The translations under genes and the position numbers were made by a program. Below, piece by piece: positions 8,507 to 17,882 of a stretch of 25,949 nt of DNA. The number at the start of each line of letters is the position of its first letter. Position 1 is the stretch's first letter. Below the pieces are notes generated by a model, which was not told the origin of the DNA, did not search any database, and saw only the letters and a program-made list of their open reading frames with translations. This DNA comes from an uncultured Alphaproteobacteria bacterium. Lineage in GTDB: Bacteria; Pseudomonadota; Alphaproteobacteria; Rhizobiales; Rhizobiaceae. The stretch lies in contig CAKMZG010000010.1 in assembly GCA_929200335.1 (NCBI GenBank), positions 1-25,949 of the forward strand. Direction: 5' to 3'.

Positions 8507-9124
8507 ATGGAACAAAATAGCGCCTTATTGGTTATTGATGTCCAAAACGATTTTTTACCGGGTGGCAGTTTAGCGGTTGAAGATGGCAATGCCATCATTC
8601 CTCTGATAAATGACATTTCACGCAAATTCCAAAATGTAATTATTACTCAAGATTGGCACACAAACGCTCACCTTTCATTCGCCTCATCCCATGAAGGCAA
8701 GGCGCCATTTGACACAATCGAAATGCCATATGGCACCCAAGTGCTTTGGCCTGAGCATTGTGTGCAGGAAAGCCACGGTGCTGCTTTGGCCAGTGATTTA
8801 AATATCCCCCATACTCAAATGATTATCCGCAAAGGCTATAATCACGAGATTGATAGCTATTCAGCCTTTATGGAAGCGGACAAAACGACCATGACAGGGC
8901 TAACGGGTTATTTGCGTGAACGTGGCATAGATAGCCTATATTTATGTGGATTAGCCACAGATTTCTGCGTGGCTTGGTCAGCTCTTGATGCACGCGCCCA
9001 AGGCTTTGAGTGCCATGTAATTGAAGATGCTTGTCGCGCCATTGATTTGGATGGCTCCCTAAAGGCTGCATGGGAGAATATGCAAAAGGCTGGCGTAAAA
9101 CCTATCCAGTCCAACGATCTTTAA
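8507..9124 (+). CDS. pncA: Nicotinamidase/pyrazinamidase
   Basis: IDVQNDF, DWH..AHLSF, WPEHC, RKG, YSAF, GLATDFCV (catalytic D/K/C plus metal ligands). Confidence 0.93.
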   Translation: MEQNSALLVIDVQNDFLPGGSLAVEDGNAIIPLINDISRKFQNVIITQDWHTNAHLSFASSHEGKAPFDTIEMPYGTQVLWPEHCVQESHGAALASDLNIPHTQMIIRKGYNHEIDSYSAFMEADKTTMTGLTGYLRERGIDSLYLCGLATDFCVAWSALDARAQGFECHVIEDACRAIDLDGSLKAAWENMQKAGVKPIQSNDL

Positions 9125-9207
9125 AATAGCTCTTTATTGATAATAAAATACCCGCTAAGACTATAAAGAACTAACCACAATAAGATTATAACGACAATGA
9201 GATTACG

Positions 9208-10110
9208 ATGACCAATAATAACGCCTCAAATGATTCAGGTGAAATACAAGCTAAACTTTTATCAGAAGCCCTGCCCTATATGCAGCGCTATGAGGCAGCA
9301 TCTATTGTCATCAAATATGGTGGCCATGCCATGGGCGATGCAGCATTAGGTCAAGCTTTTGCCCGTGACGTTGCACTTTTAAAGCAATCAGGCGTTGATC
9401 CAATTGTTGTTCACGGAGGAGGCCCACAAATTGGCTCTATGTTGGAACGCATGGGCATAGAAAGTCAATTTCGCGGTGGACTTCGTGTGACAGATCAAAA
9501 GACCATTGAAGTGGTCGAAATGGTTTTAGCAGGCTCTATTAATAAGAAAATTGTATCTGAATTTAATTCGCAAGGTGCGCGTGCTATTGGTCTCTGCGGT
9601 AAAGATGGCAATATGATGCAGGTAGAAAAATTACGCCGTACAGAACGCGATCAAGACAGCAATATCGAAAGTATTTTAGATCTTGGCTTTGTAGGGGAGC
9701 CAAAAAATGTCGATATTACCGTGCTTGATATGGTAACCAGCGCTGGCCTTATTCCAATCATCGCCCCTGTTGCTTTTGGCGAAGATGGTAATACCTATAA
9801 TGTAAATGCAGATACATTTGCAGGTGCCATTGCATCAAACATGGATGCAGAGCGTCTATTATTTCTCACCGATGTACCAGGCGTATTGGATAAGGAAGGT
9901 AATTTGATTAAAGAGCTATCTGTTAAAGAAGCTAAGAAGCTAATTGCTAATGGAACCATTCACGGCGGCATGATACCCAAAGTTGAAACCTGCTTTGATG
10001 CCATTGAACAAGGGGTTGAGGGTGTTGTTATTTTAAATGGCAAAACGCCTCATGCCGTATTGCTTGAACTTTATACCGAGCATGGCGCAGGCACCTTAAT
10101 CGTTCGATAG
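9208..10110 (+). CDS. argB: Acetylglutamate kinase
   Basis: [48 protein letters not shown]. Confidence 0.97.
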   Translation: MTNNNASNDSGEIQAKLLSEALPYMQRYEAASIVIKYGGHAMGDAALGQAFARDVALLKQSGVDPIVVHGGGPQIGSMLERMGIESQFRGGLRVTDQKTIEVVEMVLAGSINKKIVSEFNSQGARAIGLCGKDGNMMQVEKLRRTERDQDSNIESILDLGFVGEPKNVDITVLDMVTSAGLIPIIAPVAFGEDGNTYNVNADTFAGAIASNMDAERLLFLTDVPGVLDKEGNLIKELSVKEAKKLIANGTIHGGMIPKVETCFDAIEQGVEGVVILNGKTPHAVLLELYTEHGAGTLIVR

Positions 10111-10122
10111 GAATTCTTTGAA

Positions 10123-10809
10123 ATGTCCAAAACTCACTTCAGTCATATCAACACATGGATTTTTGATCTTGATAATACGCTTTATCCAAGACATTGCGAT
10201 CTATTTGCACAAATTGATATTAAAATGACGGAATATATCATGGTACTAATGGGACTGCCATTTGATGAAGCGCGGGTGATACAAAAAGACCTCTACAAAG
10301 CGCATGGCACAACCCTTAACGGCCTTGTGATCAATCACCAAATTGATCCCCATGATTATTTAGACAAAGTGCATGATATTGATTATAGCGAAATTTCGGC
10401 TAATCCAGAATTGGGTGAAATAATCAACGCACTACCAGGGCGCAAATTTATATTTACCAATGGGGATCGTCCCCATGCGGAACGTACGCTCAAACAACTA
10501 AACATTAAAGAAGATTATTTTGAGGATATCTTTGGGATTGTAGATGCTAATTTTGAGCCAAAGCCTGCCCGCGCTCCCTATGATGATTTCATCAAGAAAT
10601 ATGACATAGATCCTAAATCTGCATCTATGTTTGAGGATATGCCGCGCAACCTTCAAGTACCAGATGAAATTGGCATGTGCACAGTATTAATTGAACCTAA
10701 TCAAGCAGCTGTTAAAAAATTAGAACCATGGGAATTAATTGGTCATGATGCGCCATACATTCACCACCGCACTGATGACATCAATGATTTTTTACAAAAA
10801 ATTTTATAG
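10123..10809 (+). CDS. HAD-family pyrimidine 5'-nucleotidase-like hydrolase
   Basis: Motif I FDLDNTLY, motif II FTNG, motif III KP, motif IV FEDMPRNL; follows argB. Confidence 0.88.
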   Translation: MSKTHFSHINTWIFDLDNTLYPRHCDLFAQIDIKMTEYIMVLMGLPFDEARVIQKDLYKAHGTTLNGLVINHQIDPHDYLDKVHDIDYSEISANPELGEIINALPGRKFIFTNGDRPHAERTLKQLNIKEDYFEDIFGIVDANFEPKPARAPYDDFIKKYDIDPKSASMFEDMPRNLQVPDEIGMCTVLIEPNQAAVKKLEPWELIGHDAPYIHHRTDDINDFLQKIL

Positions 10810-10816
10810 CCAGTAC

Positions 10817-12214
10817 TTAGACAGGTAATTTTACAGTGGCTTTCAAGCCCCCCATTTGGCTGGTTGAGAACTCAATATCGCCCCCATGAATACGGGCAAT
10901 ATCACGCGCTATTGTAAGGCCGAGGCCCGTGCCTGTTTCATCTTGATTACGTGCCTCATCCAAACGGACAAAGGGTTTAAACACCTCTTCAACCTTATCA
11001 TCAGGAATGCCAGGACCATCATCTTCAATCTTTAAGATAAACCATTCCTCATCTTGATGTGAGGTTACTCGAACCTTATTGGCATAGCGAAAAGCATTGC
11101 TAATGAGGTTGGTCACCAAACGGGTAAAAGCAGCAGGACGTGCTTGAATAACACCGCTCCCCTCACAATAATAATGAAAATCTTTTCCTTTAACTTCTGC
11201 TTCGGAATAAAACCGCTGCATAATGATTTCAATATCAACAGTTGTAGTATCTTCACCACCATCGCCACGAGTAAAATCCAAATAGCCTTCCAACATATTT
11301 TGCATTTCATCTACATCATTTTGCAAATCGCGAACTTCTTGACCATCGCCAACCAGCGCCAATTGTAATTTAAAGCGGGTTAGGACTGTACGTAGATCAT
11401 GACTAACGCCCGCAAGCATGGCCGTTCGCTGTTCAATCTGGCGTTCAATACGTTCGCGCATAATTAAAAAGGCATTGCCCGCACGCCGCACTTCTGTTGC
11501 ACCGCGAGGTTTAAAATCATAATCCGACAATTGACCTTTACCAAAATTATCAGCTGCATTTGCCAATTGCTGAATAGGTTTAATTTGATTAAGTAAAAAT
11601 AAAACTGCAATGATAATTAACACCAATGCGGTGCCAACCATCCAAATCAAAAATATATGCGAATTAGATGCATAGGCTTGATTGCGATAAACATAAACCC
11701 GCAAAATTTTATCGCCCAAATTGATCCGCACTTCTAAAAGATCAGAATCCCCCACTGTATCCAACCAATAGGGTTTTTCAATTCGATCACGCAATTGCTC
11801 CCCCATTACCCGATCAAGTATAGAAAAGAAGGGTTTGGGAGCTGGTGCCGGCAATGGTTCCATTGGCAAAATTGAAATATTAAGTTTCATTCGGTCGCGG
11901 GCGATATCCGTGATGATTTTATAGTCTGCATCTTGTGGGTATTGCTCCACAATATCCACAATCGCAGCAATATCACGCACCACAGATGATGATAAGCGTT
12001 GGGTTACACTCTGCCAGTGGCGCTCCATAAACACAAAGGCAAGCACTGATTGAAACACCACCATAGGTACAATGATAATTAACAGCGAACGCCCAACCAA
12101 GCCTTTTGGTAAGTGCAAGAATGAAAGCCGCGAAAATCTACGCCAAGCAAGACGAAGCCGCTTCAAGACAGGTAAATCTTTTCGATTTTTAATTTTTGCT
12201 AATTTTTGCAGCAA
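10817..12214 (-). CDS. EnvZ-like sensor histidine kinase
   Basis: Two TMs, HAMP, H-box SHDLRTVL, N-box NLISNAFRY, DDGPGI, GTGLGL; TTG start with GGGAG upstream. Confidence 0.93.
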   Translation of the reverse strand: MLQKLAKIKNRKDLPVLKRLRLAWRRFSRLSFLHLPKGLVGRSLLIIIVPMVVFQSVLAFVFMERHWQSVTQRLSSSVVRDIAAIVDIVEQYPQDADYKIITDIARDRMKLNISILPMEPLPAPAPKPFFSILDRVMGEQLRDRIEKPYWLDTVGDSDLLEVRINLGDKILRVYVYRNQAYASNSHIFLIWMVGTALVLIIIAVLFLLNQIKPIQQLANAADNFGKGQLSDYDFKPRGATEVRRAGNAFLIMRERIERQIEQRTAMLAGVSHDLRTVLTRFKLQLALVGDGQEVRDLQNDVDEMQNMLEGYLDFTRGDGGEDTTTVDIEIIMQRFYSEAEVKGKDFHYYCEGSGVIQARPAAFTRLVTNLISNAFRYANKVRVTSHQDEEWFILKIEDDGPGIPDDKVEEVFKPFVRLDEARNQDETGTGLGLTIARDIARIHGGDIEFSTSQMGGLKATVKLPV

Positions 12215-12246
12215 AAAACATCTCCCTTTGACGTCCTCATAGTAAT

Positions 12247-12969
12247 TTATGATTCTACACGTAACCGATAACCAATACCACGTACTGTTTGCAGATATAT
12301 CGGATTAGCTGGATCATTTTCCAACTTACGTCGCAAGCGATTAATTTGCACATCAACAGTCCGTTCATTTGACAGATTATCATCCCCCGTTAAAGCATGG
12401 CGCGGAACCGTCTCCCCCGCACTATTGCTCAAGATTACCATAAAATCAGTTTCCCGCTCAGTTAATCGGATATTTGTACCTTGTTTTAACAGTTCGCGAC
12501 GCACAAGGTTGAAGGTATATTCTCCAAAATTAACCTCATCAATCACAGGTGTATCATCCACCTTTACCCGCTTTAAAATGCTATTAATTCTCAATAATAG
12601 CTCTCTTGGATCAAATGGTTTTGCCAAGTAATCATCCGCTCCAGCTTCTAACCCCTCAATGCGCGCATCAACTTCAGCAAGGGCTGTCAGCATTAATATA
12701 GGTGTATCATTTGTAGCAGAAATTGATCGGGTTAATTCCACACCGCTCTCACCGGGCATCATCACATCAACAATTAGAAGATCAAAGGCAATACCCTGCA
12801 ATTTATTACGCGCGTCCTGCGCATCTTGCGCAAGAGAAACGCGAAATCCATTTTCAAAGAGAAAGCGTGCAATTAAATCACGAATACGCTTATCATCATC
12901 AATGACCAAAATATGTGGCGCAGTATCATCTACGGTCCCATTGCTGGCGTTATTTCCTTGTTGTGACAT
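12247..12969 (-). CDS. OmpR-family response regulator (PetR-like)
   Basis: Receiver IDDD, phospho-acceptor DVMMPGESG, MLTA, KPF; winged helix ERTVDVQINRLRRKLE...TVRGIGY. Confidence 0.95.
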   Translation of the reverse strand: MSQQGNNASNGTVDDTAPHILVIDDDKRIRDLIARFLFENGFRVSLAQDAQDARNKLQGIAFDLLIVDVMMPGESGVELTRSISATNDTPILMLTALAEVDARIEGLEAGADDYLAKPFDPRELLLRINSILKRVKVDDTPVIDEVNFGEYTFNLVRRELLKQGTNIRLTERETDFMVILSNSAGETVPRHALTGDDNLSNERTVDVQINRLRRKLENDPANPIYLQTVRGIGYRLRVES

Positions 12970-13019
12970 TCATCAACTCCAGTTCATACCTCTTGCCAAT
13001 AGATTTTCAAATTAGATTA

Positions 13020-13514
13020 TCAGAGTTTTTGCAAGTGTTCCACCACTGTCAGACTTTCAATCCCAATCAAGTTTTTCAAAAAATTTTCAGCAAATTCACG
13101 ATTTTCTATGCCCACTTTCTGCAATGCTGTCTCAATACGCTTAGATTGTAACTCAGATAATTTTAAGGCCAACTCTCGCCCCTTTAGGGTTGGATACAAC
13201 AAACGTTGACGGCGATCGCGCCTACCAACTTGTTGATCAATATGCCCACTTTCAATAAGTTGACGTAAAACCCGCGCTAGACTTTGCTTGGTTATCTTTA
13301 AAATATCTAAGAGTTCAGCCACCTTTAATCCAGGGTCACGATTAACAAAATGCAAAACACGGTGATGTGCGCGGCCAAAATCATAAGTTTCTAAGATTTC
13401 ATCTGCATCAGCGATAAAATCCCGATAAGCGAAGAAAAACAGCTCAATCAGCCTAAAATCTGGCCCATCTGCTGGGGTAAGTGGTGTTAAAATACGCTTT
13501 TCTAAATCACTCAT
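13020..13514 (-). CDS. MarR-family transcriptional regulator (PetP-like)
   Basis: GRAHHRVLHF, HTH VAELLDILKITKQSLARVLRQL, wing DRRQRLLYPT. ATG 13514 preferred over the track's TTG at 13571. Confidence 0.9.
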   Translation of the reverse strand: MSDLEKRILTPLTPADGPDFRLIELFFFAYRDFIADADEILETYDFGRAHHRVLHFVNRDPGLKVAELLDILKITKQSLARVLRQLIESGHIDQQVGRRDRRQRLLYPTLKGRELALKLSELQSKRIETALQKVGIENREFAENFLKNLIGIESLTVVEHLQKL

Positions 13515-13573
13515 CTTATAACTCGCTTGAAGCCTTTGATAGCTCACATAAGGCTTTATGCCAAAAATCAATA

Positions 13574-13600
13574 AAATATGTCAGTACTATTGACATATTT
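13574..13600. promoter_or_regulatory. Perfect inverted repeat AAATATGTCA-N7-TGACATATTT, candidate operator
   Basis: 10-bp perfect arms at 13574-13583 and 13591-13600, between the divergent marR-like gene and ilvE. The function is inferred. Confidence 0.7.
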
Positions 13601-13617
13601 AACCGATATGTTAGCAC
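13590..13617 (+). promoter_or_regulatory. Putative sigma70 promoter of ilvE
   Basis: Consensus TTGACA (13590-13595), then TAGCAC at 16-nt spacing. The -10 element is weak. Confidence 0.5.
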
Positions 13618-13742
13618 TAATCAATTAATAACAGATGGAAATTTAGTTTTTAGAGCATAGTTCACAACAATTTGCTAATGCTTTGGGTAATTTTCTAGAT
13701 TTAAGCGTCTAACGCGCTACATACAAATACAGGAGTAAGGCC

Positions 13743-14624
13743 ATGGCTGGCGTATCATTTGATCAACTGGAAGGCGAAATTTGGTTTAATGGTGAATTTG
13801 TAAAATGGGCAGATGCAAAAGTGCACGTACTGACCCATGGTTTACATTATGCCAGTTCAGTTTTTGAAGGCGAACGTGCCTATGAAGGTCAAATCTTTAA
13901 ATTACAAGAACATACAGATCGTTTAATTTTTTCAGCTAATGAGTTGGGTTTTGAACTTCCTTATAGTGCTGAGGAAATCAATCAAGCTTGTATTGATACT
14001 GTTAAGCGTCAAGGGCTAACGAATGCCTATATCCGCCCTGTTGCATGGCGCGGCAGCGAGATGATGGGCGTATCTGCGCAATCAAATCGCATTAATCTTG
14101 CTATTGCCGCATGGGATTGGCCTAGCTATTTCTCTCCTGAGGAACGATTAAAGGGTATTCGTTTGACCATCTCTAAATGGAAACGCCCTGACCCTGAAAC
14201 GATCCCATGCCATGCTAAGGCTGCTGGACTTTATATGATTTGCACCCTATCTAAACATGCAGCTGAGGCTGATGGTTATGCTGATGCATTAATGTATGAT
14301 TATCGCGGACTTATTGCTGAGGCCACAGGTGCAAACGTATTTTTCATCAAAGGTAATGAAATCCACACACCAAAGCCTGATTGCTTCTTAAATGGCATCA
14401 CCCGTCAAACCGTTATCGAACTGGCTAAAAAACGCGGCTATGAGATTATTGAGCGCCACATGAAACCAGAAGAGATGGCAGATTATGACGAGTGTTTCTT
14501 AACGGGCTCTGCTGCTGAGGTAACGCCTGTATCAGAAATCGCAGAGTATCGTTTTACCCCTAGTGTGGTTTGCCAAACACTAATGGCTGATTATGATGAT
14601 GCCGTTCGCGCTCACGCTAAATAG
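13743..14624 (+). CDS. ilvE: Branched-chain amino acid aminotransferase (class IV PLP)
   Basis: LHYASSVFEG, AYIRP, PLP lysine in AKAAGLY, EATGANVF, LNGITR, FLTGSAAEV. Confidence 0.93.
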   Translation: MAGVSFDQLEGEIWFNGEFVKWADAKVHVLTHGLHYASSVFEGERAYEGQIFKLQEHTDRLIFSANELGFELPYSAEEINQACIDTVKRQGLTNAYIRPVAWRGSEMMGVSAQSNRINLAIAAWDWPSYFSPEERLKGIRLTISKWKRPDPETIPCHAKAAGLYMICTLSKHAAEADGYADALMYDYRGLIAEATGANVFFIKGNEIHTPKPDCFLNGITRQTVIELAKKRGYEIIERHMKPEEMADYDECFLTGSAAEVTPVSEIAEYRFTPSVVCQTLMADYDDAVRAHAK

Positions 14625-14632
14625 GAGCTAAT

Positions 14633-15280
14633 ATGGGACAACTCAGCGCTGCAATTATTCCTGTTACGGCTTTCCAACAAAACTGCACCCTGCTGTTTGA
14701 TAGCGAAAGCAAAAAAGGTGCTGTGATTGATCCTGGTGGCGATATTGATCGCATTGAAGCTGCTATTAAAGAGGCTGACGTAGAAATTGAAGCCATCTAC
14801 CTTACCCATGGCCATATTGATCATGCCGCAGGTGCTGAAGATTTAAAGGCAAAATTGAATGTCAAAATCATTGGTTCTCATAAGGCTGACGAACCTCTGC
14901 TTCAAGGCCTTGAAGATCAAGCTAAAATGTTTGGTCTCGAAGATGATGTAAAAAACGTCACCCCAGATCAATGGCTAGATGATGGCGATAAAGTCACCAT
15001 TGGCGGTCATGAATTTGATGTATTCTTTCGCCCCGGCCATGCGCCTGGTCATGTTGTTTATTATAATGCAGCCCATAAATTTGCCCACCTTGGCGATGTT
15101 CTATTTCAAGGCTCCGTGGGTCGCACTGATTTACCAGGATCTAATCATCAAGCTTTGATGGATAGCATTAAGAACAAAATTTTGACGCTTCCTGATGATG
15201 TAAGCTTCATCTGTGGGCATGGTGCAGGTTCTACCATTGGTGCAGAGCGCCGCAGTAATCCATTCTTAAAAGGGTTATAA
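14633..15280 (+). CDS. Metallo-beta-lactamase-fold hydrolase (glyoxalase II/YcbL-like)
   Basis: THGHIDH, GHAPGH, GDVLF, GRTDLPG, GHG; AGGAG upstream. Confidence 0.92.
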   Translation: MGQLSAAIIPVTAFQQNCTLLFDSESKKGAVIDPGGDIDRIEAAIKEADVEIEAIYLTHGHIDHAAGAEDLKAKLNVKIIGSHKADEPLLQGLEDQAKMFGLEDDVKNVTPDQWLDDGDKVTIGGHEFDVFFRPGHAPGHVVYYNAAHKFAHLGDVLFQGSVGRTDLPGSNHQALMDSIKNKILTLPDDVSFICGHGAGSTIGAERRSNPFLKGL

Positions 15281-15290
15281 ATCTTTTAAA

Positions 15291-15908
15291 ATGACAGATC
15301 TCACTTCCATCACCGTTATCTTAACAATTTTAGCTACTGCGGTGATGGCTGCAACTGCTGCCATTCAAGCAGCACGTCAAGATTTCGACCCCTTTGGGGC
15401 AACAGTACTTGCTATTGTAACAGCTATTGGCGGCGGGACATTGCGCGATTTGCTCATCGGCTCATCACCCGTTTTTTGGCTTCAAGACAGCACCTATTTA
15501 TATACCGCCATTCCCATTGGGTTAATCACCTATTTCATCGCCAAAGCTTATAATGCCAAAGTTGGTCAACGCTTAATCATCTTACTCTATATTGACGGCA
15601 TTGGGCTTGCACTATTTACACTTGTGGGTGCAAGAGTTGCCCTCAGTCACGATATTTCTGCTATTAACGCTGTAATTTTAGGCTGCATTACAGGGGCAGC
15701 TGGTGGTATGTTTCGTGATATCTTATGCGGCTTACAACCCTCTATCTTAAAACAAGATCTCTATGCAACCGTATCGCTTATTGGCGGCACTATTTATGTA
15801 TTCGGCAAAGACTATATCGCGCTAACCACTGTGTTGATCATTGCATTCTTTGTGATGATTATTCTGCGCTCACTTGTTATCTATAAGAACACCCATAAAG
15901 CACATTAA
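15291..15908 (+). CDS. UPF0126/TRIC-like membrane protein (YadS/YicG type)
   Basis: Duplicated repeats FGATVLAIVTAIGGGTLRDLL and ILGCITGAAGGMFRDIL; about 7 hydrophobic segments. Confidence 0.88.
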   Translation: MTDLTSITVILTILATAVMAATAAIQAARQDFDPFGATVLAIVTAIGGGTLRDLLIGSSPVFWLQDSTYLYTAIPIGLITYFIAKAYNAKVGQRLIILLYIDGIGLALFTLVGARVALSHDISAINAVILGCITGAAGGMFRDILCGLQPSILKQDLYATVSLIGGTIYVFGKDYIALTTVLIIAFFVMIILRSLVIYKNTHKAH

Positions 15909-15926
15909 AACGGCGCGCTCATAACA

Positions 15927-16265
15927 TTACATCAAGCGCTTACCATTAGCTACAGGCTTATCAGTTGCAGCTAAAATAATTGCACCCTCATCATCTTCAA
16001 AGCCTAAAACTAAAACTTCAGACATAACGGGGCCAATTTGGCGCGGTGGAAAATTTACTACTGCCATAATTTGTCTACCAATTAATTCTTCAGGATTATA
16101 ATGCACGGTAATCTGAGCAGAAGATTTTTTAATGCCGATCTCATCACCAAAATCAATCTGCATCTTAATAGCGGGCTTGCGTGCTTCAGGAAAAGGCTCC
16201 GCTTTAACGATAGTGCCAGTTCGAATATCCACTTTCATAAAATCATCAAATAAAATTTCAGCCAT
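15927..16265 (-). CDS. csaA: CsaA-type tRNA-binding/export chaperone (OB fold)
   Basis: VDIRTGTI, ARKPA, KKSSAQIT, VVNFPPRQIG, SEVLVLG; GGGGAG upstream. Confidence 0.92.
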   Translation of the reverse strand: MAEILFDDFMKVDIRTGTIVKAEPFPEARKPAIKMQIDFGDEIGIKKSSAQITVHYNPEELIGRQIMAVVNFPPRQIGPVMSEVLVLGFEDDEGAIILAATDKPVANGKRLM

Positions 16266-16285
16266 GGCTCTCCCCTTAATATCTT

Positions 16286-17107
16286 TTAATCAAGTTTTGC
16301 TAACCCTTTTGAGCGATCACTCGCAGCTTTCACAGCCTTGCTCATCAATTGAGTGAGGCCATCTTCAGCCATCAAAACCTCTAAAGCAGCGGCTGTTGTA
16401 CCGCCTGGCGAAGTTACATTTTTGCGCAATTGATCTGCACCTAAATCAGACTGTTTTAACAATTCTGCTGCACCAATGATGGTTTGACGCGCAAGTTTAG
16501 TTGATAGATCTTCAGATAAGCCAGCATTAACACCAGCCTGCGCCATGGCTTCCACCATATGAAAAATATATGCAGGCCCACTACCAGAAACCCCCGTTAC
16601 AGGGTCAATCAGAGCCTCATCCTCAACCCAATCAACCTTACCTATTGCGCTTAAAAGTCCGCTCACCCAGCCCTTGTGATCATTATTTACATGGCTATTA
16701 CCAACACAAACACTCATGCCCTCACCCACTTGCGATGGTGTATTGGGCATGGTTCTAATGATTGGATTAGTTTCAAAATTTTGCGCAAGACTATCTATGG
16801 TAATGCCAGCGGCAACAGAGACCAAAAGCGTTGAAGGATCAATATATTCACCAATATCATTGAGTATTGGGATCATCACCTGAGGCTTAACCGCAAGAAT
16901 AAAAATATCAACTTCTAATTTATGATCAAGCTTTACAATATTTTTCACTTCATGTTGTTTTAAAAGCGCTAGCATTTCATCACTTGGTTTAGGATCAACC
17001 ACACAGATGCGATCACCCTCAATCCCATCTTCAAGCCAGCCGCGCAACATAGCGCCGCCCATATTGCCAGCACCTAAGAGAGCAATTTTAAAAGCACCCT
17101 TGCTCAT
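16286..17107 (-). CDS. proC: Pyrroline-5-carboxylate reductase
   Basis: GAGNMG, LAVKPQ, RTMPNTP, SGSGPAY, VTSPGGTT. Confidence 0.97.
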   Translation of the reverse strand: MSKGAFKIALLGAGNMGGAMLRGWLEDGIEGDRICVVDPKPSDEMLALLKQHEVKNIVKLDHKLEVDIFILAVKPQVMIPILNDIGEYIDPSTLLVSVAAGITIDSLAQNFETNPIIRTMPNTPSQVGEGMSVCVGNSHVNNDHKGWVSGLLSAIGKVDWVEDEALIDPVTGVSGSGPAYIFHMVEAMAQAGVNAGLSEDLSTKLARQTIIGAAELLKQSDLGADQLRKNVTSPGGTTAAALEVLMAEDGLTQLMSKAVKAASDRSKGLAKLD

Positions 17108-17608
17108 TTATGCCTCACCTACAGTCTCAAATACACAGCATTCCAAGGCTTCTTTGGCATCCTTGCCGGCCCAAGCTAAATATTGAAATGCCTCATAATA
17201 ACGCTCACACGATTCAACACCTTTAGACAGCAGCGCCACAATTAACGCTTCAGTTGCCTCAATACCGCCATTCAACATAATACCATGACGATACATCAAG
17301 CGTTGATCATCTGCCCAAAAATCAAAGTGCCCCATGAGCATTTGCTCATTAATCATGCTAAGAAGTTTACGAAATTCATCATAACGTTTCTCAGGCGCTG
17401 TCATATCAAAGCTGCATACCAAATGTAACGCTTCTTGCTCAACCATCCAAGCAATTGAAACCTGATAGGTTGCCCAAGCACCCGTTATAGAAATAGCGAT
17501 CTCTTCATCACATAGACGCTCAAACAACCAATTCTTCTCAGATACAATCTCTTCGATTGAATCCATAGGATTGTACTGCTCTTCAAATGTCCATTCCAAC
17601 AATGCCAT
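17108..17608 (-). CDS. YbjN-domain (type III chaperone-like fold) protein
   Basis: 166-aa acidic protein with NP.D.IE, INEQMLMGHFDFW, CERYYEAFQ...WAG; its TAA directly abuts the proC ATG. Confidence 0.78.
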   Translation of the reverse strand: MALLEWTFEEQYNPMDSIEEIVSEKNWLFERLCDEEIAISITGAWATYQVSIAWMVEQEALHLVCSFDMTAPEKRYDEFRKLLSMINEQMLMGHFDFWADDQRLMYRHGIMLNGGIEATEALIVALLSKGVESCERYYEAFQYLAWAGKDAKEALECCVFETVGEA

Positions 17609-17649
17609 AATAAACCCAAATTCTCTCTGTGTGTTTCAAATCAAAACAC

Positions 17650-17803
17650 GAATCATTCAATAAAATCAGCATATAACGAGAAAATATAAGAAAAAGATCT
17701 TTGATCATTTTTCCCAAAGGAATCTGTGGATAGGCATTGAATCATTTTAAACAGGAATCAGCGTAACAGACTCATCATTAAGGCTTTTTTGGACTTATCC
17801 ACC
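17650..17803. promoter_or_regulatory. Cluster of five GANTC sites plus two DnaA-box-like 9-mers
   Basis: GANTC at 17650, 17720, 17739, 17755 and 17769; TGTGGATAG at 17725-17733 and TTATCCACC at 17795-17803, each one mismatch from TTATCCACA. The motifs are certain; the function is inferred. Confidence 0.55.
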
Positions 17804-17882
17804 GCTCTAAAAAAAATGAATAAAATCAACTCCAAACGCTAATTTGGATTTATTAAATTTGTACAGAGATATTCTTATGAGA

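Noticed and set aside
13515-13571. Track's N-terminal extensions from upstream TTG/ATG starts (marR-like, M24, lipoprotein, prs, pth)
   Set aside because: Downstream ATGs fit the domain or signal-peptide boundaries better and mostly have better ribosome-binding sites.
17609-17882. Calling this spacer oriC
   Set aside because: It has only two imperfect DnaA boxes and no TTAA-N7-TTAA CtrA box that I could find, and the hemE-type context typical of alphaproteobacterial origins is absent. It is kept only as a regulatory candidate.
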